A stretch of DNA of 54,601 nt from positions 1 to 54,601 of the forward strand of contig JAFLCH010000002.1 in assembly GCA_017303775.1 (NCBI GenBank). The letters are read 5' to 3'. The translations under genes and the position numbers were made by a program. Below the pieces are notes generated by a model. That model searched no databases. It was given only the letters and a program-made list of their open reading frames with translations, and was not told the DNA's origin. Every line of letters starts with the position of its first letter. Position 1 is the first letter of the stretch. This document shows, piece after piece, positions 34,537 to 44,861 of the stretch. Origin of the DNA: Anaerolineae bacterium (GTDB lineage: Bacteria > Chloroflexota > Anaerolineae > Aggregatilineales > Phototrophicaceae).

Positions 34537-36479
34537 AGGCCACACCCCCACGGCGTGCCAATGCGGTCATCATGGCGCTTGGCCTTGCCATCATCTTACT
34601 GGCTGCCGGTCTCCGTCTGCATAATCTCGGTGCGCAATCCTTCTGGAACGATGAAGGCAGCAGCTATGTACAGGCCACCCGTAGCTTTGCTGGCATCGCA
34701 TCTAATGCCGCCCGCGATATTCATCCTCCGGGCTATTATTGGCTGCTGGCCTTGTGGCGTCTGCTCGTCGGTGAAACCGAGTTCGCCCTGCGAGCGCTTT
34801 CAACCTTCGCCAGCATCATCAGCATCGCATTCACTTTTGCCCTCGGCAGCAAACGTATCAGCCCGATCGCGGGTCTAACAGCGGCTCTCTTCGTCGCGCT
34901 CAACACTTTTAGCATCTACTATGCTCAAGAAGCCCGCATGTACGCCCTGCTTGCCCTTTGGGGTACAGCCGGCATATGGGCACTTTTGAGCCTCGTCACC
35001 ATTTCACCTTCCGGGAGCAGCCTTAAGCCTTATCGCCGCTGGGGTTTGGCGCTGGCGTTCATCAATGCTGCTGGGCTGTACACCCAGTACGCCTATCCCT
35101 TCATCATGTTAGCGCAGGGCGTCATCTTCCTCGTCGCCATCGCCCTCCACTATCGCAAATCACACAGAGTAGCATATACGCCGCTGCTCGCTTACATCGC
35201 CGCCAATCTGCTCACCATCCTGCTCTATTTGCCTTGGCTGCCAACCGCTTTACATCAGATCACCACTTGGCCAAGCACCGGCACGCCCATTCCAACCGGC
35301 GAAGCCCTCACCATCATTAGTGGGTGGTTCACCTTTGGCATCACCTACACCAACATCGAAAATGCGGTATCTTTCTTACCACTTGCACTACTCATCTTGA
35401 CAATCGGGCTGGCTGGTCTGCTCTGGCACAGTCGAAGTCGCGCCGTCTTACCTGTTTTCAGTATCATCATCTGGTCGCTGCTGCCGGTTGCGCTGTTCCT
35501 CTTGTTAGGCTTGTTCCGTCCGGCCAATCTCAAATTTTTACTGCCGTCTCAAATCGGTTTCGCCCTCCTCATAGGAACGGGTATAGCACGCTGGTGGAGT
35601 CTGGCTCGCCGTCGAAGTCATGGAAATCGCCTCTCCCTTATACTCATTTTGCTGCTCACCGCGTGGTTGGTCGCCTACTCAATAAACGGCCTACCCCCCC
35701 TCTACAACGATCCGCATTTTCAACGGTCCGATTATCGCGCAATAGTCGCGCACATCACTCAAGATCCGCGTCCTAAAGATGCTATCATTCTCGACGCGCC
35801 CAATCAGGAAGAGGTGTTCCGTTATTACTATCGAGACGATGCGCCGGTCTATCCACTTCCTCTCGGCCTCGGTGGGAATGATGCCGAAACACAAACCCTA
35901 GTCCGCGACATCATCCGTCAGCATGACCGCATATTTGTCCTCTTCTGGGGAGAAACCGAACGTGATCCTAACCGCATCGTGGAAACCACGCTCGATCAAG
36001 AAGCCTTTGAGGCCGGTCAGGATACGTGGTACGGTGAAGTACGTTTAGCACGTTACGTCACACCCGCCCCGATGGGACAGTCAACGCTGGCGCATGCCCG
36101 CTTCAACAACAGTATCTTTCTTGAACGCTATGCGGTCAGCGCACGTTCCCTCGCTCCCGGTGATGTCTTACAAATCCGCCTTGAATGGATGACGGAAGCA
36201 CCATTGGATAAACGCTATAAGGTGTTCGTTCAGTTGCTCAATAGCGGCGGTGTCCTCGTCGCTCAACGAGATGCGGAACCGGCAGGCAATTCCCGTCCAA
36301 CCACTTCTTGGACTCCTGACGAAATCATCATCGACCCTCACGGCCTATCACTCCCCTCCGAACTATCCCCCGGAATGTATCAGGTTATCGTTGGCCTCTA
36401 CGACATTGATGACCCCGGTCAGCGATTATTGGTACGCGGGCGGACTTATTTCCTGATCGCACAGGTTCATGTAAGATAA
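34533..36479 (+). CDS. GT-C fold glycosyltransferase (PMT/ArnT, GT39-like) with C-terminal Ig-like domain
   Basis: SFWNDE, DIHPPGYY, YAQEARMY; C-terminal YKVFVQLL, PTTSW, VIVGLYD. ATGA overlap with the upstream gene. Confidence 0.88.
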   Translation: MKATPPRRANAVIMALGLAIILLAAGLRLHNLGAQSFWNDEGSSYVQATRSFAGIASNAARDIHPPGYYWLLALWRLLVGETEFALRALSTFASIISIAFTFALGSKRISPIAGLTAALFVALNTFSIYYAQEARMYALLALWGTAGIWALLSLVTISPSGSSLKPYRRWGLALAFINAAGLYTQYAYPFIMLAQGVIFLVAIALHYRKSHRVAYTPLLAYIAANLLTILLYLPWLPTALHQITTWPSTGTPIPTGEALTIISGWFTFGITYTNIENAVSFLPLALLILTIGLAGLLWHSRSRAVLPVFSIIIWSLLPVALFLLLGLFRPANLKFLLPSQIGFALLIGTGIARWWSLARRRSHGNRLSLILILLLTAWLVAYSINGLPPLYNDPHFQRSDYRAIVAHITQDPRPKDAIILDAPNQEEVFRYYYRDDAPVYPLPLGLGGNDAETQTLVRDIIRQHDRIFVLFWGETERDPNRIVETTLDQEAFEAGQDTWYGEVRLARYVTPAPMGQSTLAHARFNNSIFLERYAVSARSLAPGDVLQIRLEWMTEAPLDKRYKVFVQLLNSGGVLVAQRDAEPAGNSRPTTSWTPDEIIIDPHGLSLPSELSPGMYQVIVGLYDIDDPGQRLLVRGRTYFLIAQVHVR

Positions 36480-36528
36480 TGTTGCTCACCTATTGAGTTA
36501 CTAAAATCCCGTGTGCCTTACTCGCAGG

Positions 36529-36568
36529 GACAACTACAACCGGCTTATTTAAGTTGGCTTGTCTTTTT
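36529..36568 (+). terminator. Terminator-like hairpin in front of the MFS gene
   Basis: CCGGCTTA-TT-TAAGTTGG flanked by GACAA/TTGTC and followed by TTTTT. Confidence 0.5.
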
Positions 36569-36597
36569 CATCGTTGGTCAAAACAGGTATCCGCTAA

Positions 36598-37845
36598 ATG
36601 CAACCCGAAGAACAATCTCCTGTCGTACGACGCGATCCTTACGCGGCCTTACGTTTCCGCGATTTTCGCTTGCTCATTGTCGGTCGGTTTGTCGCCCAAA
36701 TTGGCGAAATGATGGTCAGCGTAGGTGTCGGGTGGGAACTCTATGAGCGTACCAGTGACCCGCTGGCATTGGGGCTTGTTGGGTTAGTGCAAATCATACC
36801 GGTTATCTTATTCTCGGTTCCCGGCGGTTACATCGCAGATCGCTACAATCGGAAGCGTATCACCCTTATCACGCAAATCATCCTCATGGTCTGTTCACTG
36901 CTGCTCGCCATTATTTCAATCACGCGCGGCTCGCTCTTGGTTATCTACACTCTGCTGGCAATAATCGGTGCGGCTCGCGCCTTTAACAACCCGGCCGAAT
37001 CAGCCCTGACTCCGCAAACCGTTCCACAGGACCACTATTTCAGCGCGGCGGCATGGGGTTCGAGTGTCTGGCAGCTGTCGGCCATTCTTGGGCCGGCGCT
37101 CGGCGGCCTCATCATCGGCATCACCAATCATGCCTATATGGTCTACATCGCCAATGTTATCGCGGGTGGCGTACTCGTATTAATGCTCCTCCTCATCCGC
37201 AGTCAGCAGCGTGAATATGCCGAAGCCGGAGAACCGCCTTTGCAGGCTATCAAAGCCGGTTGGTCATTCCTACGGCGTTCTCAAATCATCTTCTCCTCGA
37301 TCACATTGGACATGTTCGCGGTTCTCTTCGGTGGAGCAACATTCCTCCTACCGATCTTCGCCAAGGACATTCTTCAAGTCGATGCTGCTGGGCTGGGCAT
37401 TTTACGTGCCGCGCCATCTGTCGGGGCACTCATGATGGCCGTCTTCCTCGCCCGCCGCCCTCCTATGCAGCACGCTGGAATCACGCTTTTGCTGGCAGTC
37501 GCAGGCTTTGGTGTCGCCACAATCCTCTTCGGGCTTTCAACATCCTTCTGGCTCTCACTTGCCATGCTGTTCACCCTCGGCGCGCTCGACAATATTAGTG
37601 TCGTCATTCGTCATACCCTCGTCTACACCCACACACCCGACTCAATGCGGGGTCGCGTAGGGGCGGTTAATAGTGTGTTCATTGGGGCTTCCAATGAATT
37701 AGGAGGGTTCGAGTCAGGGGTAGCAGCAGCCTTGCTCGGCCCAGTTGGGGCTGTAGTTTTCGGCGGCTTTGGAACACTGCTTGTTGTGGGAATCATCGCT
37801 CGTTTGGCGCCGCAGCTTCGCCAGTATGGCACACTTGGTAAATAG
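36598..37845 (+). CDS. MFS transporter (EntS/DHA3-like)
   Basis: About 12 TM segments; GYIADRYNRKR, ITLDMFAVLFGG, TPDSMRGRV, SNELGGFESG. Confidence 0.92.
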   Translation: MQPEEQSPVVRRDPYAALRFRDFRLLIVGRFVAQIGEMMVSVGVGWELYERTSDPLALGLVGLVQIIPVILFSVPGGYIADRYNRKRITLITQIILMVCSLLLAIISITRGSLLVIYTLLAIIGAARAFNNPAESALTPQTVPQDHYFSAAAWGSSVWQLSAILGPALGGLIIGITNHAYMVYIANVIAGGVLVLMLLLIRSQQREYAEAGEPPLQAIKAGWSFLRRSQIIFSSITLDMFAVLFGGATFLLPIFAKDILQVDAAGLGILRAAPSVGALMMAVFLARRPPMQHAGITLLLAVAGFGVATILFGLSTSFWLSLAMLFTLGALDNISVVIRHTLVYTHTPDSMRGRVGAVNSVFIGASNELGGFESGVAAALLGPVGAVVFGGFGTLLVVGIIARLAPQLRQYGTLGK

Positions 37846-37888
37846 TCCTACACCCTTAGCGCAAAACTGAACAGACGATGAGCATTAA

Positions 37889-37918
37889 TTGACTTGATCA
37901 CTTCGACAGGACTACAAT
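37889..37918 (+). promoter_or_regulatory. Sigma70-type promoter
   Basis: TTGACT-18 bp-TACAAT. Confidence 0.6.
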
Positions 37919-37964
37919 CCTAGACAATACGTAGTCAATAAGTCTGCAAACGAAGGGGAGTCCT

Positions 37965-38897
37965 ATGCGCGTCATCATCACTGGGGGTACAGGGTTGATC
38001 GGTAAAGCGCTTGCGAACAGTCTCGCGCATGACCATCATGAGGTTATTGTTCTTAGCCGTAACAAAAATAAAACTGCTGGCTTGAGCAACGGCGTTCAGC
38101 TTATGCAATGGGATGGCAGCACAGCAGATGGTTGGGGTCACCTCGTGGATGGAGCTGGTGCGGTTGTCAACCTTGCGGGCGAAAGCATCGCCGGTGAAGG
38201 ATTTCCCCCTAGCCGTTGGACAAGCGAACGTAAAAAACGGATACGTGACAGCCGCATCAATGCAGGTAGAGCGGTCACAGCAGCCATCAATGCCGCTGCC
38301 ACTAAACCTGAAGTGCTTGTCCAATCATCTGCGGTTGGCTACTACGGCGTTCATGGGGACGAAGACATCACCGAAGAACACCCTGCCGGGAATGATTTTC
38401 TCTCCGATGTCGCAAAAGAGTGGGAAGCCTCTACTCAGGCCGTTGAAAAAATGGGGGTTCGGCGTGTTATCGTCCGCACCGGTATCGTCATGACAACCCA
38501 TGGTGGTGTTTTACCGCAGCTTTCATTGCCCTTTAAACTCTTCGTCGGCGGCCCCATCGGCAGCGGCAAACAACAGATGCCATGGATACACATTGATGAT
38601 GAAATCGGCGCTATCCGTTTTCTCATCGACACCCCGTCAGCCAACGGCGCATTTAACCTTTCCGCTCCCGAAGTCCTGAGTAATGCTCAGTTGAGCAAAG
38701 TCATCGGTAAGGTTCTTAGCCGTCCGTCCTTCTTCCCTACACCGGCCATTGCTTTCAAACTGGCCTTCGGTGAACTGGCCACACTCCTCGTCGACGGTCA
38801 GCGCGCCATTCCCAAGCGCCTTCAAGAAATTGGCTACCCCTTCAAATTCGCGCACGCTGAACCCGCCCTCCGTGACCTCATCGAAAACAACAAATAA
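37965..38897 (+). CDS. TIGR01777-family NAD-dependent epimerase (YfcH-like)
   Basis: [39 protein letters not shown]. Confidence 0.92.
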   Translation: MRVIITGGTGLIGKALANSLAHDHHEVIVLSRNKNKTAGLSNGVQLMQWDGSTADGWGHLVDGAGAVVNLAGESIAGEGFPPSRWTSERKKRIRDSRINAGRAVTAAINAAATKPEVLVQSSAVGYYGVHGDEDITEEHPAGNDFLSDVAKEWEASTQAVEKMGVRRVIVRTGIVMTTHGGVLPQLSLPFKLFVGGPIGSGKQQMPWIHIDDEIGAIRFLIDTPSANGAFNLSAPEVLSNAQLSKVIGKVLSRPSFFPTPAIAFKLAFGELATLLVDGQRAIPKRLQEIGYPFKFAHAEPALRDLIENNK

Positions 38898-38918
38898 CAA
38901 CCCATTCTCCATCTTGTC

Positions 38919-38940
38919 GGGCAGGCTTTCGAGCCTGCTC
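38919..38940 (+). terminator. Hairpin after the TIGR01777 gene
   Basis: GGGCAGGCT-TTCG-AGCCTGCTC (UUCG loop). Confidence 0.6.
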
Positions 38941-39130
38941 TTCGATTCAATATTTGGGCACTCTGCCAGAAGCCAATCATCTGGATTTGCGAGTTCTTGA
39001 ATATTAAGGGTAAACTTTAAGAGAATTTAACACACCGAGTGAATATTCTTAATAACTGACTGCCTGTGTGTTAACTTGGCTGGATCATAGTTAGGCAGTC
39101 TCTCTATAAGTCCTTTTTGAGGAGGTTTTC

Positions 39131-40486
39131 TTGAATATGAAGCGTGTACTGAGTGTCGTTATTTTAGCAGCCCTCTTGCTAGCACTTGTCCCTGTCTCGG
39201 CGCAAGATGCTACCGAAGTGAAGGTTTGGATTGCCTTTACCGATGGTCGTCTGGACTGGGCGCAGCAAAAAGCCGCCGAGTTCAACGCCGCACTGCCCCA
39301 ATACAATGTCGTCGTCGAAGGTTACTCCAACTACGAAGAACTTTTCAGCGCCACTGCTCTGGCTAGCGAACAAAACGCGCTCCCCGCAGTCGTCCAGTAT
39401 TTCGAAGTCGCTTCGCAGAACGGCATCGACAGCGGTTACTTCAAGCCGATTGCAGATGCAGTTGCTGGTCGCGCCGACATCAATGGCATCCCCGTGAATC
39501 TGGATGACTTCATCGGCCCGGTCGCCGCCTACTACACTATTGACGGCAAATTCAACTCCATGCCTTGGAACGCTTCCTCGGCCATCATGTTCACCAATCA
39601 GACCATTCTGGACGCCGCAGGTGTCGAGAGCATTCCTTCTACTTGGGCGGAAGTGGACGCAGCTTGTGAATTGATCAAGGCTATGGAAAATGGCCCTGAA
39701 TTCTGCTTCACCTTCCCCAATCATGGTTGGTTCTTCGAGCAGTGGCTCGGCCAGCAGAACGCCCTCTACGCCAACAACGAAAATGGTCGTGCTGAACGTG
39801 CTACCGAAGTAGCCTTCAATAACCCCGCCGGCGTCGCCACTCTCGCTTGGCTGAAGGCACAGAAGGACAAGGGCAATCTCTATTACAGCGGTGCCAAGGA
39901 CGGCGACTCATGGACGACCGTTGATCAGGCCTTCCAGTCGCAGCAGGTTGCCATGGCGATCTACAGCAGCTCCGATACCGCCATCTACACCAACACCGGC
40001 AAGGAAAATGGCTACGAAGTGATCGCTTCCTTCATGCCATACAATCAGGATGCTGAAGGTGGTTGGACGGGTAACCTCATCGGTGGTGCTAGCCTTTGGT
40101 TGGTTGATGGTCTCTCCACCGAAGTGGAAGATGGTGCCCTCAGCTTCCTCTTCTGGCTCACCAACACCGAAAATGCCGCCGATTGGCACAAGGTCACTGG
40201 CTACATGCCCATTCGCTTGAGCGCCGTCGAAGCGCTCGAAGCCGAAGGCTGGTTCGAAGCCAACCCGAACTTCATTGTCGCTGCTGACCAACTTGCCCAG
40301 AGCCAGAGCACTCCGGCCACCTCCGGTGCGCTCCTCGGCAGTTTCCCTGCCATCCGCAGCATTGTCACCAGCGCCGTCGATACGGTTCTGCTGACCGCCG
40401 ATGCTGATCCGCAAACCGTGCTCGATGAAGCCGCTGCCGCAGCCAACACCACATTGGCTGAATACAACGCGCTGAATGCCGGCTAG
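39131..40486 (+). CDS. Carbohydrate/sn-glycerol-3-phosphate ABC substrate-binding protein (UgpB-like)
   Basis: Signal peptide; SMPWNASSAIMFTN, WFFEQ, IGGASLW, WHKVTGYMP; GGAGG RBS. Start is 39131 or 39137. Confidence 0.88.
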   Translation: MNMKRVLSVVILAALLLALVPVSAQDATEVKVWIAFTDGRLDWAQQKAAEFNAALPQYNVVVEGYSNYEELFSATALASEQNALPAVVQYFEVASQNGIDSGYFKPIADAVAGRADINGIPVNLDDFIGPVAAYYTIDGKFNSMPWNASSAIMFTNQTILDAAGVESIPSTWAEVDAACELIKAMENGPEFCFTFPNHGWFFEQWLGQQNALYANNENGRAERATEVAFNNPAGVATLAWLKAQKDKGNLYYSGAKDGDSWTTVDQAFQSQQVAMAIYSSSDTAIYTNTGKENGYEVIASFMPYNQDAEGGWTGNLIGGASLWLVDGLSTEVEDGALSFLFWLTNTENAADWHKVTGYMPIRLSAVEALEAEGWFEANPNFIVAADQLAQSQSTPATSGALLGSFPAIRSIVTSAVDTVLLTADADPQTVLDEAAAAANTTLAEYNALNAG

Positions 40487-40510
40487 TTTGCCCAACGTGA
40501 TTTAGCAGTC

Positions 40511-40542
40511 AGCAGGGGCGACGCCTAGGCGTCGCCCCTGCT
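40511..40542. repeat. Perfect 32 bp palindrome, REP-like
   Basis: AGCAGGGGCGACGCCTAGGCGTCGCCCCTGCT between the SBP and permease genes. Confidence 0.7.
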
Positions 40543-40565
40543 TATTAAATGGATTGGGGCCATTT

Positions 40566-41786
40566 ATGACAGACTCGACTCCGCTGTTGATCGCGCTGGC
40601 AGGAGCGCTCATCGGGGCATTATTCTTAGGTTGGACATTCCGCCGCTTAGGTTACCGAATGGAAGTGGGCGGCTTAATAGGGGTTGTTGCGGGTGCTGTT
40701 GGTGCCCTGCTCTTCATGGCACCCCTTAACTACTGCATGTTCATGCCGGAAGAAGGTGCGCTTTATACCATCGATGGCATTGACATCGCCTTTGGCCTCG
40801 TACTGATCGGTATTGGCCTCGCCATCGTATTATTACCGCTCGCGGCCTTTATGCGTTGGCGTGCCAATCGACATATCCATGTTGATGCCAGCCTTGCGAC
40901 TCAACAAGGTTCGTTTCGCGGCTTTCTCATGCCGATCCTGCTCCTCGCGCCTACCCTCATTATTCTGGCGCTCTTTCTCTACTATCCTTCTTTAGATACA
41001 GTACGACTGTCGACCCTTCTTTCGCGCCTTGGTGCTCGCCGCACCGCTTTCGTCTGCGTCGATAATTTCACCAGCCTCGTTGTTGACCCGGATTATATCC
41101 GCTCCATCGGCATCACCATTTTTATCAGCCTTGCCGTTGTCATCATCGGTCTGGTTCTTTCTTTGCTCATCGCGACCATGGCCTATCAACCCATAGCCGG
41201 TGCGCGCATCTACCGCACCTTGCTCATTTGGCCCTATGCCGTCTCACCTGTCGTCGCAGGTATCATCTTCCTTCTGCTTTTCAATCCGGCTGGCGGCATC
41301 ATCAACTACTTTCTAAAAAACCTCGGCCTGCCTTCCATCGGCTGGCTGAATGATCCGGTCTATGCACCTTGGGCGGTTATCATAGCCAGTATCTGGAAAT
41401 CAATGGGGTTCAACATTCTTTTCTACATCGCGGGTCTGCAAAATGTCCCTAAGGACTTGCAAGAATCCGCGTCTATCGACGGTGCTAACGTATTTCAGCG
41501 CTTCTGGTATGTTGTCATCCCGCTGCTCTCCCCCATTACCTTCTTTCTCGTCATCACCAACCTCACTTATGCCTTCTTCGAAACTTTCGGTACCATCGAC
41601 TATCTCACCGGGGGTGGCCCTCTTAAATCGACCACAACCCTCATGTATCGCGTTTACGAAGTTGGCGTTGTTAACAACGACCTCGGCAAAGGTGCAGCAC
41701 AATCCATCGTCCTTTTCCTAATGGTAGTGGGGTTAACAGTCTTACAATTCCGCAGTTCAGAAAGGCGCGTGACCTATGGAGCGTGA
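40566..41786 (+). CDS. ABC permease (UgpA-like) with N-terminal TM extension
   Basis: YRTLLIWPYAVSP, IWKSMGFNILF, ESASIDGA EAA loop, PLLSPITFF. Confidence 0.9.
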   Translation: MTDSTPLLIALAGALIGALFLGWTFRRLGYRMEVGGLIGVVAGAVGALLFMAPLNYCMFMPEEGALYTIDGIDIAFGLVLIGIGLAIVLLPLAAFMRWRANRHIHVDASLATQQGSFRGFLMPILLLAPTLIILALFLYYPSLDTVRLSTLLSRLGARRTAFVCVDNFTSLVVDPDYIRSIGITIFISLAVVIIGLVLSLLIATMAYQPIAGARIYRTLLIWPYAVSPVVAGIIFLLLFNPAGGIINYFLKNLGLPSIGWLNDPVYAPWAVIIASIWKSMGFNILFYIAGLQNVPKDLQESASIDGANVFQRFWYVVIPLLSPITFFLVITNLTYAFFETFGTIDYLTGGGPLKSTTTLMYRVYEVGVVNNDLGKGAAQSIVLFLMVVGLTVLQFRSSERRVTYGA

Positions 41787-42672
41787 AAAAGCAGACGCCT
41801 TAACCAAATCTCAAGCACCAGCACGCACTGCACATCGAGCCGCAGCACGTCCTCTCCCACGTTGGGTTCCCAAACGCTGGTACGCTCACATCATCCTCTG
41901 GGTATCCTGTATCATCATCGGCTTCCCACTATTCTATGCCATGCTCGTCAGTACCCAGAGTCAAGCCGAGGTTTTTGCCTACAAGTTCACCCCCGGCAGT
42001 TCCTTTGCCGACAACTGGAATATTGTCATCAACAACCGTAACCTGCTCAGTTTCATGGTGAACAGCATCTTCGTGGCCGTCATGGTCACTGTCGGCAAAA
42101 CTATTTTATCCCTACTTTCTGGCTTGGCTTTTGTCTACTTCCGCTTCCCCGGCAAATGGTTAGTTTTCGGCTTTGTCCTCATCACCCTCATGATGCCAAC
42201 CGAAATCCTTCTGCTTGCGCTCTATCGCTTCGTCAACAGCTTGGGTTGGGGCAACACCTTCACCGCCCTCATTGTCCCCTTCCTTGCCAGCGCCACCGGC
42301 ACCTTTCTCTTCCGCCAGCACTTCATGAATATCCCGGCGGAACTTTCCGAAGCCGCCCAGTTGGATGGGGCAACACCGCTTCAATTTCTGTTCCGCGTGC
42401 TTATTCCAATTAGCTGGAATACCATCGGCGCGCTGGCGGTCATCCAGTTTGTTTATGTCTGGAATATGTATATCTGGCCGGTGCTCGTCATGCGTGACCA
42501 GAGCCGTCAGGTGGTACAGCAGGGTTTACGAACCCTCATTGGTGGCGACTCAGCGCTTGTCTTTGGCCCTCTTATGCTTGGGGCTGTCGTCGCTAGTGTT
42601 CCGCCAGTCCTCGTCTTTATCTTTCTACAAAAGCAGTTTATGAGTGGCTTTGCCCTCACGCGGGACAAATAG
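41776..42672 (+). CDS. ABC permease (UgpE-like)
   Basis: TLMMPTE, ASATGTFLFRQ, EAAQLDGA, WNMYIWP. Confidence 0.9.
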   Translation: MEREKADALTKSQAPARTAHRAAARPLPRWVPKRWYAHIILWVSCIIIGFPLFYAMLVSTQSQAEVFAYKFTPGSSFADNWNIVINNRNLLSFMVNSIFVAVMVTVGKTILSLLSGLAFVYFRFPGKWLVFGFVLITLMMPTEILLLALYRFVNSLGWGNTFTALIVPFLASATGTFLFRQHFMNIPAELSEAAQLDGATPLQFLFRVLIPISWNTIGALAVIQFVYVWNMYIWPVLVMRDQSRQVVQQGLRTLIGGDSALVFGPLMLGAVVASVPPVLVFIFLQKQFMSGFALTRDK

Positions 42673-42682
42673 TCAACCGTTC

Positions 42683-42708
42683 GCGGGGTGTTTGCTCGAA
42701 CACCCCGC
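42683..42708. terminator. Hairpin after the permease gene
   Basis: GCGGGGTGTTT-GCTC-GAACACCCCGC; no U tract. Confidence 0.45.
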
Positions 42709-42728
42709 CACATCCGGATCATACGCTC

Positions 42729-43484
42729 ATGCCGCACTATCAATCAGTCATCTTCATCGACCTCGACGGAACACTCATCATCAACCCCTTCGAGTCTGCC
42801 ATCTGGCCGCGCCTGACTCAGGAAATTGCGGATCAAGCATCCATCCCCGCTCAAGAAGTTTATCGGCTGATTGAGGCCGAGTATCGTGCCCGCCAGCAGG
42901 ATGAAGCCTTCGATCCCATTCAGTCAATGGATTGGGATGACATAGCATCCGTAGTTGCCAGCCGGCTCGGCGTTTCCGTTAGTGCCAACTGTGTCGAACT
43001 CGTTCACCACTACGCATCTACCCATGCTTCTACGCTCGAATATGCGCATGAAGCCTTAAGCGCATTAACCGCCCCCCACCGCGCATTAGTCGTAGCCACC
43101 AAAGGCCTCGCGCGTTATCAACAACCTGTATTAGATGCCCTTAACCTCACGCCCTACTTCACCGCTGTTATCACACCGGATACCCACAACGGTCTTAAGA
43201 AACATCGCCGCTTCTTTGGCGATTGGCCGCAGCAGGCCATACATGCCATCATGGTAGGCGATCTCTATGACGATGACGTGCGCTATCCAACGCAGCATGG
43301 TTTCAAAACCATCTGGAAACCACCCCTTGCCCGCATCCCCGATGATCTGCATTCCCTCCAACCAATGGAGCGCGCCCGTTCATATTCCTACCAACCAGAC
43401 CAAATCGCGCGGCCAACAGCCATCATTCTTTCTTTGCATGAGCTTCCGCAAACAGTTGCCCTTTTGGAACAAACAGACGCTTGA
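42729..43484 (+). CDS. HAD-superfamily hydrolase
   Basis: Motif I DLDGT, VATKG, K, MVGDLYDDD. Confidence 0.88.
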   Translation: MPHYQSVIFIDLDGTLIINPFESAIWPRLTQEIADQASIPAQEVYRLIEAEYRARQQDEAFDPIQSMDWDDIASVVASRLGVSVSANCVELVHHYASTHASTLEYAHEALSALTAPHRALVVATKGLARYQQPVLDALNLTPYFTAVITPDTHNGLKKHRRFFGDWPQQAIHAIMVGDLYDDDVRYPTQHGFKTIWKPPLARIPDDLHSLQPMERARSYSYQPDQIARPTAIILSLHELPQTVALLEQTDA

Positions 43485-44722
43485 TGGATTATCTGCACGC
43501 GCTCAACACCATCGCCCGACCTATTCGTGCTGCGGATTTCCCTCGTTCGCTCCAACCGCTGCATCAATTACTCGCCGTGCTCAATTATCCACAAAAGGCT
43601 TGTCCCGCCGTCGTAGTCGCGGGTTCAGTTGGCAAAGGGACAATCGCTCATCAAGTAGCAAGTCTGCTCAACAGCAACCAATCTGTTGTGCCGCGTGTTG
43701 GCCTCTACACCAGCCCGCACCTACACATCTTCCGCGAACGCTTTGCCATCAACGGAACGCTTATCTCACAGCAAACTTTCGCCGAAGCGATGACCACTAT
43801 TCAAACAGCTGTTGCCCGAACGCCCCACCGCTACAGCACATTTGAATTAGCGACTGCGCTTGCGCTCTGGTGGTTCCGTGAAGAAAAGGTTGATATAGCC
43901 ATCATGGAAATAGGCATTGGTGGTCGAGATGATGCAGTGAATGTCGTTCCCAACCAGCTTGCCCTCATCACGCCTATCGAACGCGAACATGCCGTCATGC
44001 TAGGGGGGACGCTCTCAAGCATTGCAGCTCACAAAGCAGGCATCATTCAGCCTGAAGGTTTTGCTCTATCTGCCCCACAATCTACCGAAGTAACCGCCGT
44101 CTTGCAGCAGGAAGCCGCTGCCCGTCATGCCCACCTAACAATCCTGCCAGCCGAAGAATTGGCGCTGGCAGCCGGTTCCAACCTCATTGAGCGGCGCATC
44201 ATCCCATCCTTCTCCCTGCCCGAATCAATACCGCCTGTCCATCTTCCCGGTCGCATGGAGCAAATCACCCTCAACGGTAAAACGATCCTCATCGATGGCG
44301 CACACACACACCGCAGTGCCCAGCGCCTACGTCGCACCATAGATCAACGCTGGCCGGAACAACCGATCCGCATCATCATAGGAATCCTAAAAGACAAACC
44401 ACTCACCGAATTCATCACCACCTTCGACCATCCTCGTTTCCGCCTTGTGCTCACCCAAACATCAGGCCATCGTGCCTTACCAGCCGACCAGTTCACGCAG
44501 CCCCTGCACCTTGATTCATCATCGCTCACCATCGACCCGGATATGAACCATGCTCTGCTGACCGCCGTAGAATCGGCTGAAGAGGTTATCATTGCAACCG
44601 GATCGCTCCGAACAGCCGCTGTAGCCCGTGAGGTTTATGGTCTGCTCACGCCCGACGAATACATCGAATCACAACAGACTCGCGCCATATTCGAGGGAAG
44701 TAATTACCTTGCTCGGTTGTGA
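43484..44722 (+). CDS. folC: Folylpolyglutamate synthase/dihydrofolate synthase
   Basis: AGSVGKGT, GLYTSPHL..FRERF, STFE, EIGIGG..DA.N, HKAGI, PGRME, IDGAH. Confidence 0.85.
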   Translation: MDYLHALNTIARPIRAADFPRSLQPLHQLLAVLNYPQKACPAVVVAGSVGKGTIAHQVASLLNSNQSVVPRVGLYTSPHLHIFRERFAINGTLISQQTFAEAMTTIQTAVARTPHRYSTFELATALALWWFREEKVDIAIMEIGIGGRDDAVNVVPNQLALITPIEREHAVMLGGTLSSIAAHKAGIIQPEGFALSAPQSTEVTAVLQQEAAARHAHLTILPAEELALAAGSNLIERRIIPSFSLPESIPPVHLPGRMEQITLNGKTILIDGAHTHRSAQRLRRTIDQRWPEQPIRIIIGILKDKPLTEFITTFDHPRFRLVLTQTSGHRALPADQFTQPLHLDSSSLTIDPDMNHALLTAVESAEEVIIATGSLRTAAVAREVYGLLTPDEYIESQQTRAIFEGSNYLARL

Positions 44723-44861
44723 ATCGTTGAGGAAATCTCATACCGACTTAAACAAACACCCATCAAAATTAACACATTTTATGGTACTGTTAGAACGTTC
44801 AGAAGGGTTTATAGCACAATCTATACTCAAGCCCTGTTTGTAAAGAGAGAAAGTTAGACCT

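Noticed and set aside
36510-36545. Guanidine-III riboswitch-like string (GTGTGCC..GGACAA)
   Set aside because: The required pseudoknot complement after GGACAA and the P1 stem are absent.
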